IMG/VR virus record: IMGVR_UViG_3300046000_004988
Span: 1 to 62,356 of that record
Reading direction: 5' to 3' (one strand)
Source of the DNA: a virus
Lineage: Duplodnaviria; Caudoviricetes
Length of the DNA: 62,356 nucleotides
The position numbers and the translations under genes are program-made. Numbering within the stretch: the stretch's first letter is position 1; each line of letters starts with the position of its first letter. This document shows, piece after piece, positions 37,337 through 49,300 of this stretch. The notes below the pieces were generated by a model. That model ran no database searches and was not told where the DNA came from. It saw nothing but the letters and a program-made list of their open reading frames with translations.

Positions 37337-40300
37337 TTAGTCTATGGTGTTTCTTGCCGAAGCAAAGGGTGATTTAAGGAACCGAGTTCTTACTGCCTTT
37401 TTAGCCTCTGAAGCCAAGTTGGTTAGCTTGTTCTTGAGGTCTACATTGTTGTCTTTGCCGCTGATGATTTTGCCGCTCGTGGATTTCTTCAGTCCGGACA
37501 CATAGTTGTTGTGCATCCTGAGGATCTCCTGACCAACTGCTTTCTCGAATGTGGTCTTGACCGAGTTGTCGGTGATCATCCGGCGTTCGCCCTTTGGTCC
37601 GTAGACCCAGTAGTCGTTGGCGCGAAGATCTGTTGGCTGGAACTTGTCGTCTGGGTGCAGGTTGTTCCACTCAGTGATCCACTCTTCTGCTGGTTCTCTG
37701 GTGGTCGCTTTGTTGCCTGCGCGAATAAAGATTCGAGACACGGGACTTCCGCCCTTCTCAACCTCTCTGCCATAGTAGTCAACGACTGGACCAGCCCAGA
37801 TTCCAAGTGGCAGTGCCGAGTAAAGCAGTTCTGCCTTATCTTTGCTGTCCCTAACAAGAGGGTCTGCATTTCTGAGTGGTTGACGGAGGAGATTCGGGAC
37901 AACTCCAGAGATGATCTGCTTCAGGAACCCATAAGCCAAATCTGAAGGTGCGTCTCCTGCTCTGCGGAGTGAGTCCACCGTCTTCACCATGTTTGAGTAT
38001 CCCTGGAAGAACGACTTGTCTTCAGTCTGACTCATGAGGCTACCAATGATGTTTGTGGTGGCATTCATTGCACTCCCGCCATCAAGTCCAAGTGAGCGCA
38101 TCTTATGCATCCGCTTGATCTCAATGATTGAGTCAACTGTGGTGCCAAGCACCGTGGCAATTGGGTCATATCTACCGAATGGCACACGGGTCTCTTTGCC
38201 GTTGTTGTGACGGTAGATGATCATGTAGGTGCCACCGTAGTTGCGGTAGGCTTCATTGCGGCTCCCTGGTGATGTGGTGCCGGATGGTCTGCCTCCAACA
38301 ATGATCAGTTTCTTGTCGTCATCATCGTCGTCACCTTCAGTCATCGAGAACACCGTGGCGAATGTGAGCCATGCCTGGGTTTGCTCTGCCATGAGTGTCA
38401 CGATTGTGGCACGGTCCTGGTTTGCCCAGAACCTCTTCTTGTTCTTGATGTTTGTTGCGCCCTTCCCGAACGCCGTCATGACGTGTGCTGCCAGGCTGAT
38501 TGCTCCAATTGGCGACTTCCTGATGCCGATGCGAAGAATGTTCGTTGGGGTGCGAACGAATGGGAAGATGAATCTCATTGCATGCTCGATGAACATCATG
38601 GCGTTTGCCGCCCGACGCATGTCGTGCATCTTCTTGATGTTCCCTGCTGCTGCCGCATCAAGTGCCTTCTTCTGGTATTGGTCCGCACCAAGGTTCGGTT
38701 GGGCGAATGCGCGAGCAACTGCGCTCATCCATGTCTCACTTTGGAATGCAAGTTCAGTGGCAACATCAATCGCCAGTTCCCAGGACTTCGATCCTGGTGT
38801 CGATACCTCAGCCTTGATGAATGACTCGATGTCTGCGGCGGATTTGCCTATGAGTCCTGCCTTTTGGGCTTGCTTGCCGAGTCTGTATGCCTGAGCGCCG
38901 ACTTCGATGTTGCCCATGAGTGCCTTCATGAATGAGTCAACCATCATGAGTGACCTTCCTGGAAGTCTGAAGATGCGACCCTTTGCTCCAGCGATGGATG
39001 GTCCACGGTACCTGCCAACCTTATCGAGTTGACCCGCCTTATCGAACGTCATCTCAAGAGGTTCATCCATGTATCTGTGACCGATTGGATCTGCTTCAGA
39101 ATCGAACGCGAGTGCAGCCATGGCAAAGGCATCCCTGATCCCTGGCATGATGCCGCGCATGATATGCTTCCACTCTCCCATCTGTGCAGAATTTGGGTCT
39201 TGGAAGATGATGTTCCAAAGTGTCTCAAGTGGTTTCTGCGCGAGGATGTGAATGCCTGAACTCAGGATGTTGCCGATCACGTTCACCACGTTTGTTTCTG
39301 GACCACTCAGGAGGTTCATGATCCAGTATTCGTACATCTTGTCGTATGCCGATGACTGAGAGATGCTGATTGCTCTGGCGACTCTGTATGTAGCCCTGAA
39401 GTCAGTTGGGGAATACGGCACCTTGATTGTGACCTGCTGTCCGTTCTTCTTGGTGTCCACAATCTCAACAATCATCTTGCCACTGTTGACCTGCTTGGCA
39501 GTAGGGCAGAGGACATTGAGTTGCCGCTCGATCTCGACTTCGGCGTTGATGAGTTTGTTGTTGATGGCAGTGTTGTACGGCATCGGTGCAGCCATGGACT
39601 GACCAGTGATGTATTTGATGCCGCTCTGGATCGTGTCGAACAGTGTGTTGCCCCTCTTGACCCACTTGGCGATTGTGCCTCTCAGCGACTTCTGGCGGAA
39701 GTCTTGATGGATGGTGTTGATGACGTCTCTTGGAAGTCCAGTCATCACCGCAACGTCAGCATGACTGTAGCCGCGCATGATGTATCTGATGGCATCCTGG
39801 TGCTCCTGTGGGTGCATCCCCATAGCTTCGCGAACTGGGACAGAGTCGTGGGAATTTACCCGCTCTTCTGGAGTGACGAAGATGTCTTCTTCCGAGATGC
39901 CCTGTGCAGCCAGAGCGTCCATGACGGACTTGTGTCGAGCTTCGGTGTATTCTTCAATGAGGGTCTTGCGGTCCTTCTCTTCGGACTGCGTCTTGATCTC
40001 CTCAGAGAGTGCCTTGGTCTGCTTGATGAGATCATCGTGGGTCTTACCTCGGACCCGTGATTTCTCACTCTCAGCAAGAAGTGCTTTCACTTCCTCCAGC
40101 TTTGCCTTCAGCTTGGCAATCTGCTTCTGCTTGGCGAATGGTGAAGGTGCCGCTGCGATCTCGATCCTCTCTCTGATGGATGGAGTCGTGATGAGTTTGG
40201 CGATGTACTCCATATTGCGCTCATGTGGCGACTTGTGAGGGTCTGCCATTGCCCGCATTGCTCGTGCCGTCTGTGAGCGTCCTGCGCCATCAGCGTATGC

Positions 40301-43300
40301 CATGGCGTGGGCTTCGCGCATCTGTGCTGGATCTCCACTCTGAAGTGCTCTGCGGAACTGCCTGGCGGTGACAATGGCTGAGGCAAACACGAGTTCAGGA
40401 GAATCGAATCCTCCACCCTCGAAGTAGGACGACATGACCTGATTCATGACATCGTCTTCGTTGCGTGCCATCTTGCGCCCCTGGTCGATCCAGTCCTGGA
40501 CTTTCTCTGGGGATACGTCACCAGATCTGATCTGTTGCGAGACCTCGTATTCGACACGGATCTTTTCGTTCTTCGAGATGTTCGCTTTGTCTGGATCTCC
40601 GATGGTCTTCTCTCCTGGTTTCTGGCTCAGTGCCATTTGGCGCAGGGCTTCGAGTTCGGCTTCAGATGGGAGTTCACCCATCATCTGCTCCAGGAACGAT
40701 TCTGCTGCATCTGGTGACTCGTGGCGAGGTCCAGCCATGAATAGGGGTTGCCCCTTGTCTTTGATCGACTCGCGCATCTCTGGCGTGATCTTGACCTTCC
40801 AGATTGAAATCTTGATCTTCTCTCTGTCTCCGTTCACGATCCAATCTTCGGCATCCTTCTTGGTGTCGAATGATATTGGATTGCCACCGTCTTCTCCAAC
40901 TCCATCAAGGACGAGCCTCCTGAGGTTGAAGTCCCAAACTCCAAACTTTCCAGTGCCGTTTATGTTGTTCTTGATGCTGAAGTTTGAGACGTTGAGGATG
41001 TTCAGTCGGTGACTGAGAGTTGTTCCTGATGTTGATGTGATCTCACTTGGCTCAGCTTTCACTCCCCACTGCTTCAAATACTCGTTGACCTCAGTTGGAA
41101 CGATCTTGTCGTACAAGTCGGTCATTCCCTTGCCGCCGACTTTAATGTCAAGACCTTTGAGTTTCTTGAACGTCTCTTCAGTGACCGATCCATTAGCCTG
41201 CTCCACCTTTCCAGTGGTCCATTCCATGGCGTTCATCTTTTGAGCCAATTCATTGCCTATTTTGTTAGGCAACTCTTCAGGCTTTATGATTGTGTCGATG
41301 ACCCTCTTGAAGTTGTGGTCGTAGGCAGTCAGGTAGTATCGTCCGTCACGACCACCGAATGCCTTCGTCATCTTCACTTCTGAAAGTCTGTTTTCGAGTC
41401 CGGATCTCTTGTTCTGAACTTCCCCTGATGTCCAACCAATCCACCCCTTGCCGTCAGCAACAGCATCCCTGAGGGCACGCTTGAATAGTTGCATGGACCA
41501 TTGCGCGGATCTTCTGAATGGAGCGTCTGGAACTCCGCTCAACTTTCCGTTATGCTTGCTCATGATGTCTGCCCACTCCTTCTTCTCTTCCGGAGTGGCG
41601 GACATGCCTTTGTTCTCGATCTCCACTCTGCGTTTGTCGGCAGCGACTTGTTCTTCGAGCAATCCCTTTTTGCGGGTCTCTTTCTCTCTGTCGCTCTGAA
41701 GTTCGTCGATGAGGAGTCCATCGTCGATGTCCTGGATTCGCATGTGGGCAATGTAGTTTGGCACTTCTGGATAGTGACTCGATGCAAATTGCTGCTGGTT
41801 CTCAGCGGCAAGCATGTCGTCGCTTCTGGCGTAACCAACGACTGCATCTCTCGTCTCTTTTCCGACTGCGAGAACCCACCCTGGACCATCACCCTTTGTG
41901 GATGAATCCCAGATGTTCCATCTACCTGAATCCATCTGCTTGATTTCGAGACCCTTCTTCAGAGTCACTTCACTTTGGCCGGATGTGGTGACGATGACTT
42001 CGCGGTAGTTTCTGCCACCGATTGTTCTCAGCTTTTCCTGCGGGTATCCAATTTCACCATCACCAGGGGGATTGATCTCATCAATGTCCAGGTCGGTGAT
42101 CATTTGAAGGTACTTGATGCTCTCTGGATCTCCTTTTGACATCCATGTATCAAGACGCTCTTCGATGAACTTCTTGTCCTCCTCGAACTTGCTGTAGTTG
42201 CCAGCGAGACTCATGCGATCATTGATGATGTCCATGTAGTCTCTGAACGATCTTGATCTCTCTGTGAGTTTCCGTTCAACGAAGCGTGTGCTGCCCTCTG
42301 TCTTGAGGTAGTCCAGCACCTCTTCCTTGGTGACTGATTCCTTGGTGAACAACCATGGGATGATACCTGACCACTTGATCTCCTCACTCGTGACTTCCGC
42401 CTTCTCCATGATCTCCTTGACCTGGGAGGCTACGGTTTGTGCAGGATACACCTTGTCGGGTTCCTGGCCTGCTCTGATGACCTTCAGGATTTTGCCGTCC
42501 TTGCCAGTGATAGTCCTCTCAGCAATCGGTCTGCCCTTCACTGTCTTCCCTGGCTTTGTGGCAAGCGTGTCTGGCAACTGCACAGAGATGACGTTCTGGA
42601 GGTGACTGTAGAATCCAGGCTCAACGATGTTGTTCTGCTTTGGTGCAGCCATGTATTGGTTGGTCCATCCTCTGGCGTGATGCTCGTCCCATGATTCTGC
42701 ATCCCAATTTGCTGGCACAATCTCGTTTGGATTCAGTTCTTTCAGGACACGGATGTTCGAGAGGACTGGTTCCTCGTCAGATCCTTGGTCAATATCGTCT
42801 CCAGTGACCAGAAGGATCGACCTGTTAGCATCATCAATTATGCTCTCCTGAGTAGCACCACCGCTGCCATCGTCAACGATTGTCCATCTTCCGCCTTCCC
42901 AGCGGACGTTGTAAACGCTGATGCCATTCTCCTTGCGCCCTGTGTAGCCATTCGTTGATCTGCCGCCTTCTGGTAACTTTCCAAACCTTAGATAAACACC
43001 TTTGATTGGTTCATGTCGCGCCATAACGAGTTCCTCGTTCTTATCCATGGCGGAGCGTGCGCTATCCACTGCTTCGAGCTTAGCCGTGCGTTCTGGTGAC
43101 TTCTCTTTGTTATACCATGGACCTGCATCCTTGAGTGCTTGGTTCCAAGCAGACCTGATTGTATTCTTCTCGATGCTGGCGAGACGTGCTTTCTCTTGGA
43201 CTTCCTGCCATTCAGCGACTGCGCTTTCTACAAACTCAGCGTCAGACTCGTTTGTTATACCGCTGGATGGTGCAGCCATTGGCTGCATCTCTGCTACATC

Positions 43301-46300
43301 TCCTCGACTGGTTCCGTCACCGGACCCTTGCGTCGTGCCGACAGACTGATTGCCGCTAAACGCTGCACTTCTTCCTCCTCCGGATCGAGGTTTAATTCCA
43401 TCGCTATCCTCGTACAGGCTTGATGGAAGTCCTCGCTCCTTGATGTAGAGTCTGTTTGCTGCTGATCCGTAGTCTGGGGCGTCATCTTTTTGTCTGCTTC
43501 CGTGCTGTTGGTGAACGATCTTTTCATAGTACCATAGTAAAGCCTGCGCCTCGGCTGGAACAAGCGGAATCTTTGCCGTCCGGTTATACTTTTCGATGGC
43601 ATTGATCATGACTTTTCTGATCCATCGACGGTGGGTTCCATTCTTTGGGGCTTCAGCAAGAGTGAATCCATCAGCGATCTTGAACAGACCGTTCACAGCA
43701 AGGCGAATTGCATCGTCTTTTGGTGACAGGTTCTCTCTGTTTTCCTTCTTTTGGAAGTGCTTACCAAGAGTCTCAACGGTGAGCAGATCTGCCTTCTGAG
43801 GAATTCCAGCGATGGTGAATAGATCACCGTCATACTCTGCCAGGGCAGCATTGAGCCGAGACCAGGCTTTGGTTAGCGTGCCCTTGTCGACCCTAACTAA
43901 CTGTGTGCCCATCATCCTTCCAATGGTTCTCATGAACCACCTGTCCATGGTGATGGTGGAGAAGTCTCCGGACATGTTGTTGAAGAACGATCCCAGCTTT
44001 GGACCAAAGATCAGAGAGAATGGGACGATCTCGTCGATGAGTTCTCCAGTGGTGATGCCAAGGATTTCCTTCTTGTCCCAGAGGTGCATCTTCCGCAGTT
44101 CATTTCGCAGTTCTTTGACTGTTCCGGTCTTGTTGAGGAAGTCACCAAGGTTGCTGAATCCACCGAGATGTTCAGCCATTTTGTCTGCAAGTGCGAGATG
44201 CTCCTCAACCGCTTCTGCCCTGGTCGATCCACGTTTGGTTGCACCAGCCAGTTTCCCGCTCTTCTTCCAGTGCTTGTAGACTTCCCAGGCATCCACGGTC
44301 TGCGTGTTCACATCAGCGCCATTGCTTGATACAGCAAGCGTGATTAGCAGGGCTGCACGATTGTCGGGTTTAACCAAATCTGGGTCAAGCTGAGTGAAGA
44401 TATTCATTGCCATCTTCAGTCTGCTTTCATACCACGAAGCAAATTTCGGGAACTCGAATGATGCACGGTTCAAGACTTCGAGCATCCTGTCTCCTGCGTT
44501 GTTCACATTGCCGCCTGGACGAATGGACGTCTTGATGAGTTTGCGGTAAATCTGAGCAATGGTTCTGACCTTTCCTCCTTCGAGCCTCGACGTGATGACG
44601 GATGGCATCTTCTTTTTCAGGTCAAGAACCCTGTCGATCTCAGCAAGGGCTGGTGCTGTCTGGCTTGCTGGTGCCGCCATTGGCTGGATCTTGTTGTCCC
44701 AGTCCATGTTGACCGAGAAGATGATGTTTCCAGTCGGTGTCTTGACGATGGTGTAATTGTCGTCCGGTTTCTTGTCGAAGATCGTGACGTCCTGAGCGGG
44801 GTTGTATGACCCGTCAGGATATACGAGACCCTCGGTGGTCAAAACGCTCTCCTGGCCGTACTGCCGCGCCAATGCCGCCGCCTTCTGCACGGACATGCCC
44901 TGGTCGATCACGATGAATGGTTTCTCTGGGTAGCCATAGTGACCATCGACCTGCTTGTGGTCCAATGTGTCAGATTGCAGAGACTTCATCAGACCACGGT
45001 TGAGGATGGCATTACGGAGGTCTGACTCACGCTTCTTGTTGGGGTTCTCGGCAGTGAAGATTGCCCACCCTGGCTTGTTGATGATTTCCTTGATGCCTTC
45101 AGCTGTGTCGAAGTCACTCAGTGTTGCTGGGTCTGACATCGGACCCGCCATCGGTTGAACGATTCGTGGTGTGGCTTGTGTGGCAAACTCTGAGTCAGTG
45201 CTCTGGAGGTTGCTCGTGAACTTCGAGAGTGTGTCGGCACTGTCTGATGCGACATAGCCACGGAAGTTACCACTGCTCCAGAATTGAGTGACATGCTTGA
45301 AGTTAGACCTGAGGACGTCTTCCATCTCCCAATGGGCGACCTGAAGAGCTGTCATGCCCTCAACCTGATCTCCACCACTATTGAGAACAGCATCACGCTT
45401 TTGCTTTAGTTGCTCGACGGTGTAGTGACGTGACTTCCAGTCGAGATCCTTCTTGCTCTCGTTGGCATCGAACACGTCTTTGCGATCTCCGAACTTCTGC
45501 TCGAAGATGGCAATGCCTTCTGGCTTCATCAGTTCCTTCACACGCATCACCTGTGCGTTGCGAGCATTGGAGATGAATTGGAAGACCATCGCTTCATGGA
45601 CGACATCGAACTTGCGTCCTTTCGGATCGAAGAACTTGACGTCGGTACCATCGTCTTCCGTCCATGCTGTCTTGCCAGCATCTTCCTTGGACCCGAATGC
45701 AGACAGATCGAATTCGGCACCTTCAACTGAACCCTTCGATTTGAAGGTCTGTTCCATGGATGTGTTCGGGTCAATGCCGAGTGTCTTGATCTTTCCTTTG
45801 GAGAGTCCGGTGATTGCCTTGTTGAGGGCACCTTCTGAAGAACCGATGTCGAGCATGTCGGCACCACTATCTCCGAACGTCTTAACGATAGCTGATCCAA
45901 CGACTGCCTGGACCTCATCGTAGCCTGGGATGGATGTTGCAATGTGGTCATCAAAGTTTCCACGGAATCTGTATCTGGCGATCTGGAATGCCTTTGATGA
46001 TGGGTCGAGATCAATGGCTGGAACGTAGTCTCCAGTCGGCTTGAACTTATCCTCAGCACCCTGTGTGACTGATGCGAAGAACTTGGCAAAACTGCGACCA
46101 TCTCCCCTCAAATCTTTGGAACCAGTGACCTCTGTTCTTGTTCCTATCGCTTTGTCGATAAGAGATTGTGGGAAGAGGTACGTCTTGCGTGGAGCATAAC
46201 CACGTTTGCTGAGAGGAATGAAGTCCTTGTCGCCCTGCACTGGGAGAGATCCATCCTCACGACGGAGATGCTTGCCAGCATTGAACCATGCGTTGTATGC

Positions 46301-49300
46301 CAGAGTCTCAAGAGCGAGTGCTGGCATAGCTTCCTTGGAATACATGGCGGCATGGTCCTGGAATGCCTGGAACTCTCCATGTGTGGAGAATGACCTTCCG
46401 TTTGATCCATGACCGAATATGTCGTGAACTGCCCTGAACAGGTCATTGTAGATGATTGGCTTGCCGTTTATGACGATACCGGACTGCTCAAGCGGAGGAT
46501 AAGCCTCTGCCTCTTGTGTTGCATTGTCACCGAGTCCGTCACTTGTCTTGAAGTAGAATAACCTTTTGTTGTTACGAACGTCATCGACCATTTCTGCACT
46601 GTCCTTGTATGGAGCACCTTTCCCTTCCCATGGCTCAATGCGATAACCTGCTTTCACCAAGGCTTCATATTGCTCCCTGGTCTCACGGTTGAATGCATTG
46701 TACGAATCGCGTGTTGCTTGGTCGATTCCTGCTGGGGCTGAGTCATGGTAGTCTGCAATCTCCTTGGAGATCTCTTCATTGAGCTTGGACTTGATTGGGG
46801 TGTTGGTACGCAGGAATTGATTGCGAACATCTTGGACTCCTGGGCTCCCTGATGCTGGTGCAGCCATAGGTTGAATGGTGGAACCAAGATCCTTCGCTTC
46901 ACCCCGTGGGTCGATCCGGCGCAAGTCAGCAATGGCTACATCATAGACCTTCTTGGCCTGCTTGCCTGCCTGCGTGTTCTTGAACATCATTTTCTTCAGC
47001 GTGGACACTGCTGCTGAGAAGAGGGATGCGATTGCTTCGAGTGCAGCATTGCGTTTGGCTGGTGTCTTGTTTCCAGCCATGGCTTGCTCAGTCAGACCAT
47101 TGTAGTGCTCCTTCTGCATGACCATGCGGCGGAACTCTGAGCCGATGACATACTTCCGGTTGCCGTGGCTCGTGTAGATCGACTTCACATACTTGATCTG
47201 CTCTGGCGTCATCATGCCGTAGATGCCATCGAAGAAGTCAATGTGATACTGTCCGCTCTGGATGTATTTGTCGGTCATCTTGTGACCCTGCTTCATCATC
47301 TCAGCGATGAGTGCCTTGTCTTCGAGCGCATGGATCATTTCTTCGCGCATTGCGTCGATGATCTGACCAGGACTCCATTCAGCCATGACCATTGGGTTGT
47401 ACTCGATGTAACCACCACGACGCTTGCCACCTTCACTCACAACGTAGTGGGCAGAGACAGATGAGAAACTCGGCACAAGATCGACTCCGATCTCTTTGAG
47501 CATTGCTCCGAAGTTGTCGTTGACGTGCGCTTTCACCAGGCTGGATGAACCGATTGGCTTTGATCGTGCTTTGGCAACCTTTGCTGCCCTCTGTGCATCG
47601 ACGTCACCGCTCGTGATGTTCTGCTGTGATGCAACGAATGCTGCGTTGATCTCAGAGATCTTCTCTGCCATCCACTCTTTGTCCGCCTCATCAGAGATCG
47701 ACTCCATGATGTTGGTTAGGCGAGCAATGATTCTCTTGATGAGATCAACGGCACTGCGGAAGAACTTGGTGTTCAGGAACATCTCCTCAGATATGCCTTT
47801 GCCGTGCCTGTTCTCCAGGTATGCCCTGAGATATTCATTGCCCCACTGGCTATCTGATCCGAGCACGTCGGTCTTGCCTTGTGAGTATGCAGCCCTGAAC
47901 TCGTCCTGGGCTTGCTCCGTGAGACCACGCCAGAACTTTCCTGCCTCGGCTGGTGTCATGACAGTGTCGATGACTGTGTGGAGGTATTCATGGAAGAATC
48001 CACGGTCCACGAACTCCTGCATGTCCTTTGCTGGAAGTGCTGCGAGTGACTTGATGAATGTGCGTGGAGCGATGTAGAGTGTATTACCCTGGACATACAT
48101 GCCACCACCATCAACCTCTGTGTCGAGTACCACAATCTTGTCGAAACTCGCTTCGAGCGTTGGCATGTGCTTCTTCAGTGCCACGGCAATCATTGTGCCC
48201 AGGCTAGCGTAGAACTTGGCGTCATCCTTGTGCTTGCCCTTGATGAGGTTGGCGATGACCTCGTAGACCTGCTGCACGACTGTCTTGTCAGACCCAGACT
48301 CATCAGGTTGCGTGAGTGTCTGCGTCATCAGCATTTCTCCGCGCTCTGTCTGCTGTGCCAGTGCGTTGATTGCCTCCTGCTTATCCTTCGCCTGATCGGC
48401 TAGTATTGTCAGAGTCCTGCCCCTGGTGGTCCTGATCGTCCACTGTGGTGCTGCTTTCTTAGACTCTGGTGCAGGTCGCTTGCTCTGCTCATCTGCTGGT
48501 CCAGATTCGGGTCCGACATCCGACCCAGCGTTTGTGGCTGGTTGCTGCTCGTCTGGTTTGACGTCGTCTGTGGTAGTGGAATCCGTTTGACCAGTTCCAG
48601 GAGGATTTCCAGCTTGAGTTGTAGGGGCGTTTTCATTGGTTGGTGTTTGAGTTGGGCTGGTTGTGGTGGTTGCTCCATCGACAGTGGTGTCAAGCATTTC
48701 AGTTGCAGACTCTGACAGGTTTTTCAATGCAACGATTGCGGCAGGGCGGGCATCTGCAAGACTGACTCCGGTCCTCACGATGCTGCTAACGATTAGATCG
48801 ACAATTTTACGGATGGAAGACCTGGCTTTTGGGGTCCAGCGACCATTTGCGTATGCAGCCATTGCTTCGATCACCTTGGCTCGTGCTGAGAGTTTGGAGT
48901 AGCCTTTGTAGAACGACTCACCGTTGATGCCTTGAGCCTCTCTCTCTGCCTTGTTCAGCAGTTCCTGGTTTTCCTGAATAACCAAAAGTGCTGCGGCATG
49001 ATGCATCTCTTCGTTGACGAGAGCTTCTCTGGACTCTGGTGTCTTCTTGATCTTGGCGATGTTGTCAGAGATGAACACGACGACTGGCTTGCCGTCCTTG
49101 ATGGTTACAAGTGCTGACCTGCCCTTGTTCTTTAGAGCGGCACCGATGAAGTCTGCTGCCTCTTTGTCGTTCGTGACAGTGACTGTCTGAACTCCTCGTG
49201 AATTTAGGTTAGACTCACGAGCCTTGGCTTTGTCTGAGATGCCGTTGAAGACTGGATGAGCGAGTGCCGACTGAGTTGGTGCTGGTGCTGCTTCAGTCTT

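Noticed and set aside
43310-43327. Near-match GGTTC-N8-GACCC
   Set aside because: One arm mismatch and the inner bases do not fit the consensus; could be chance
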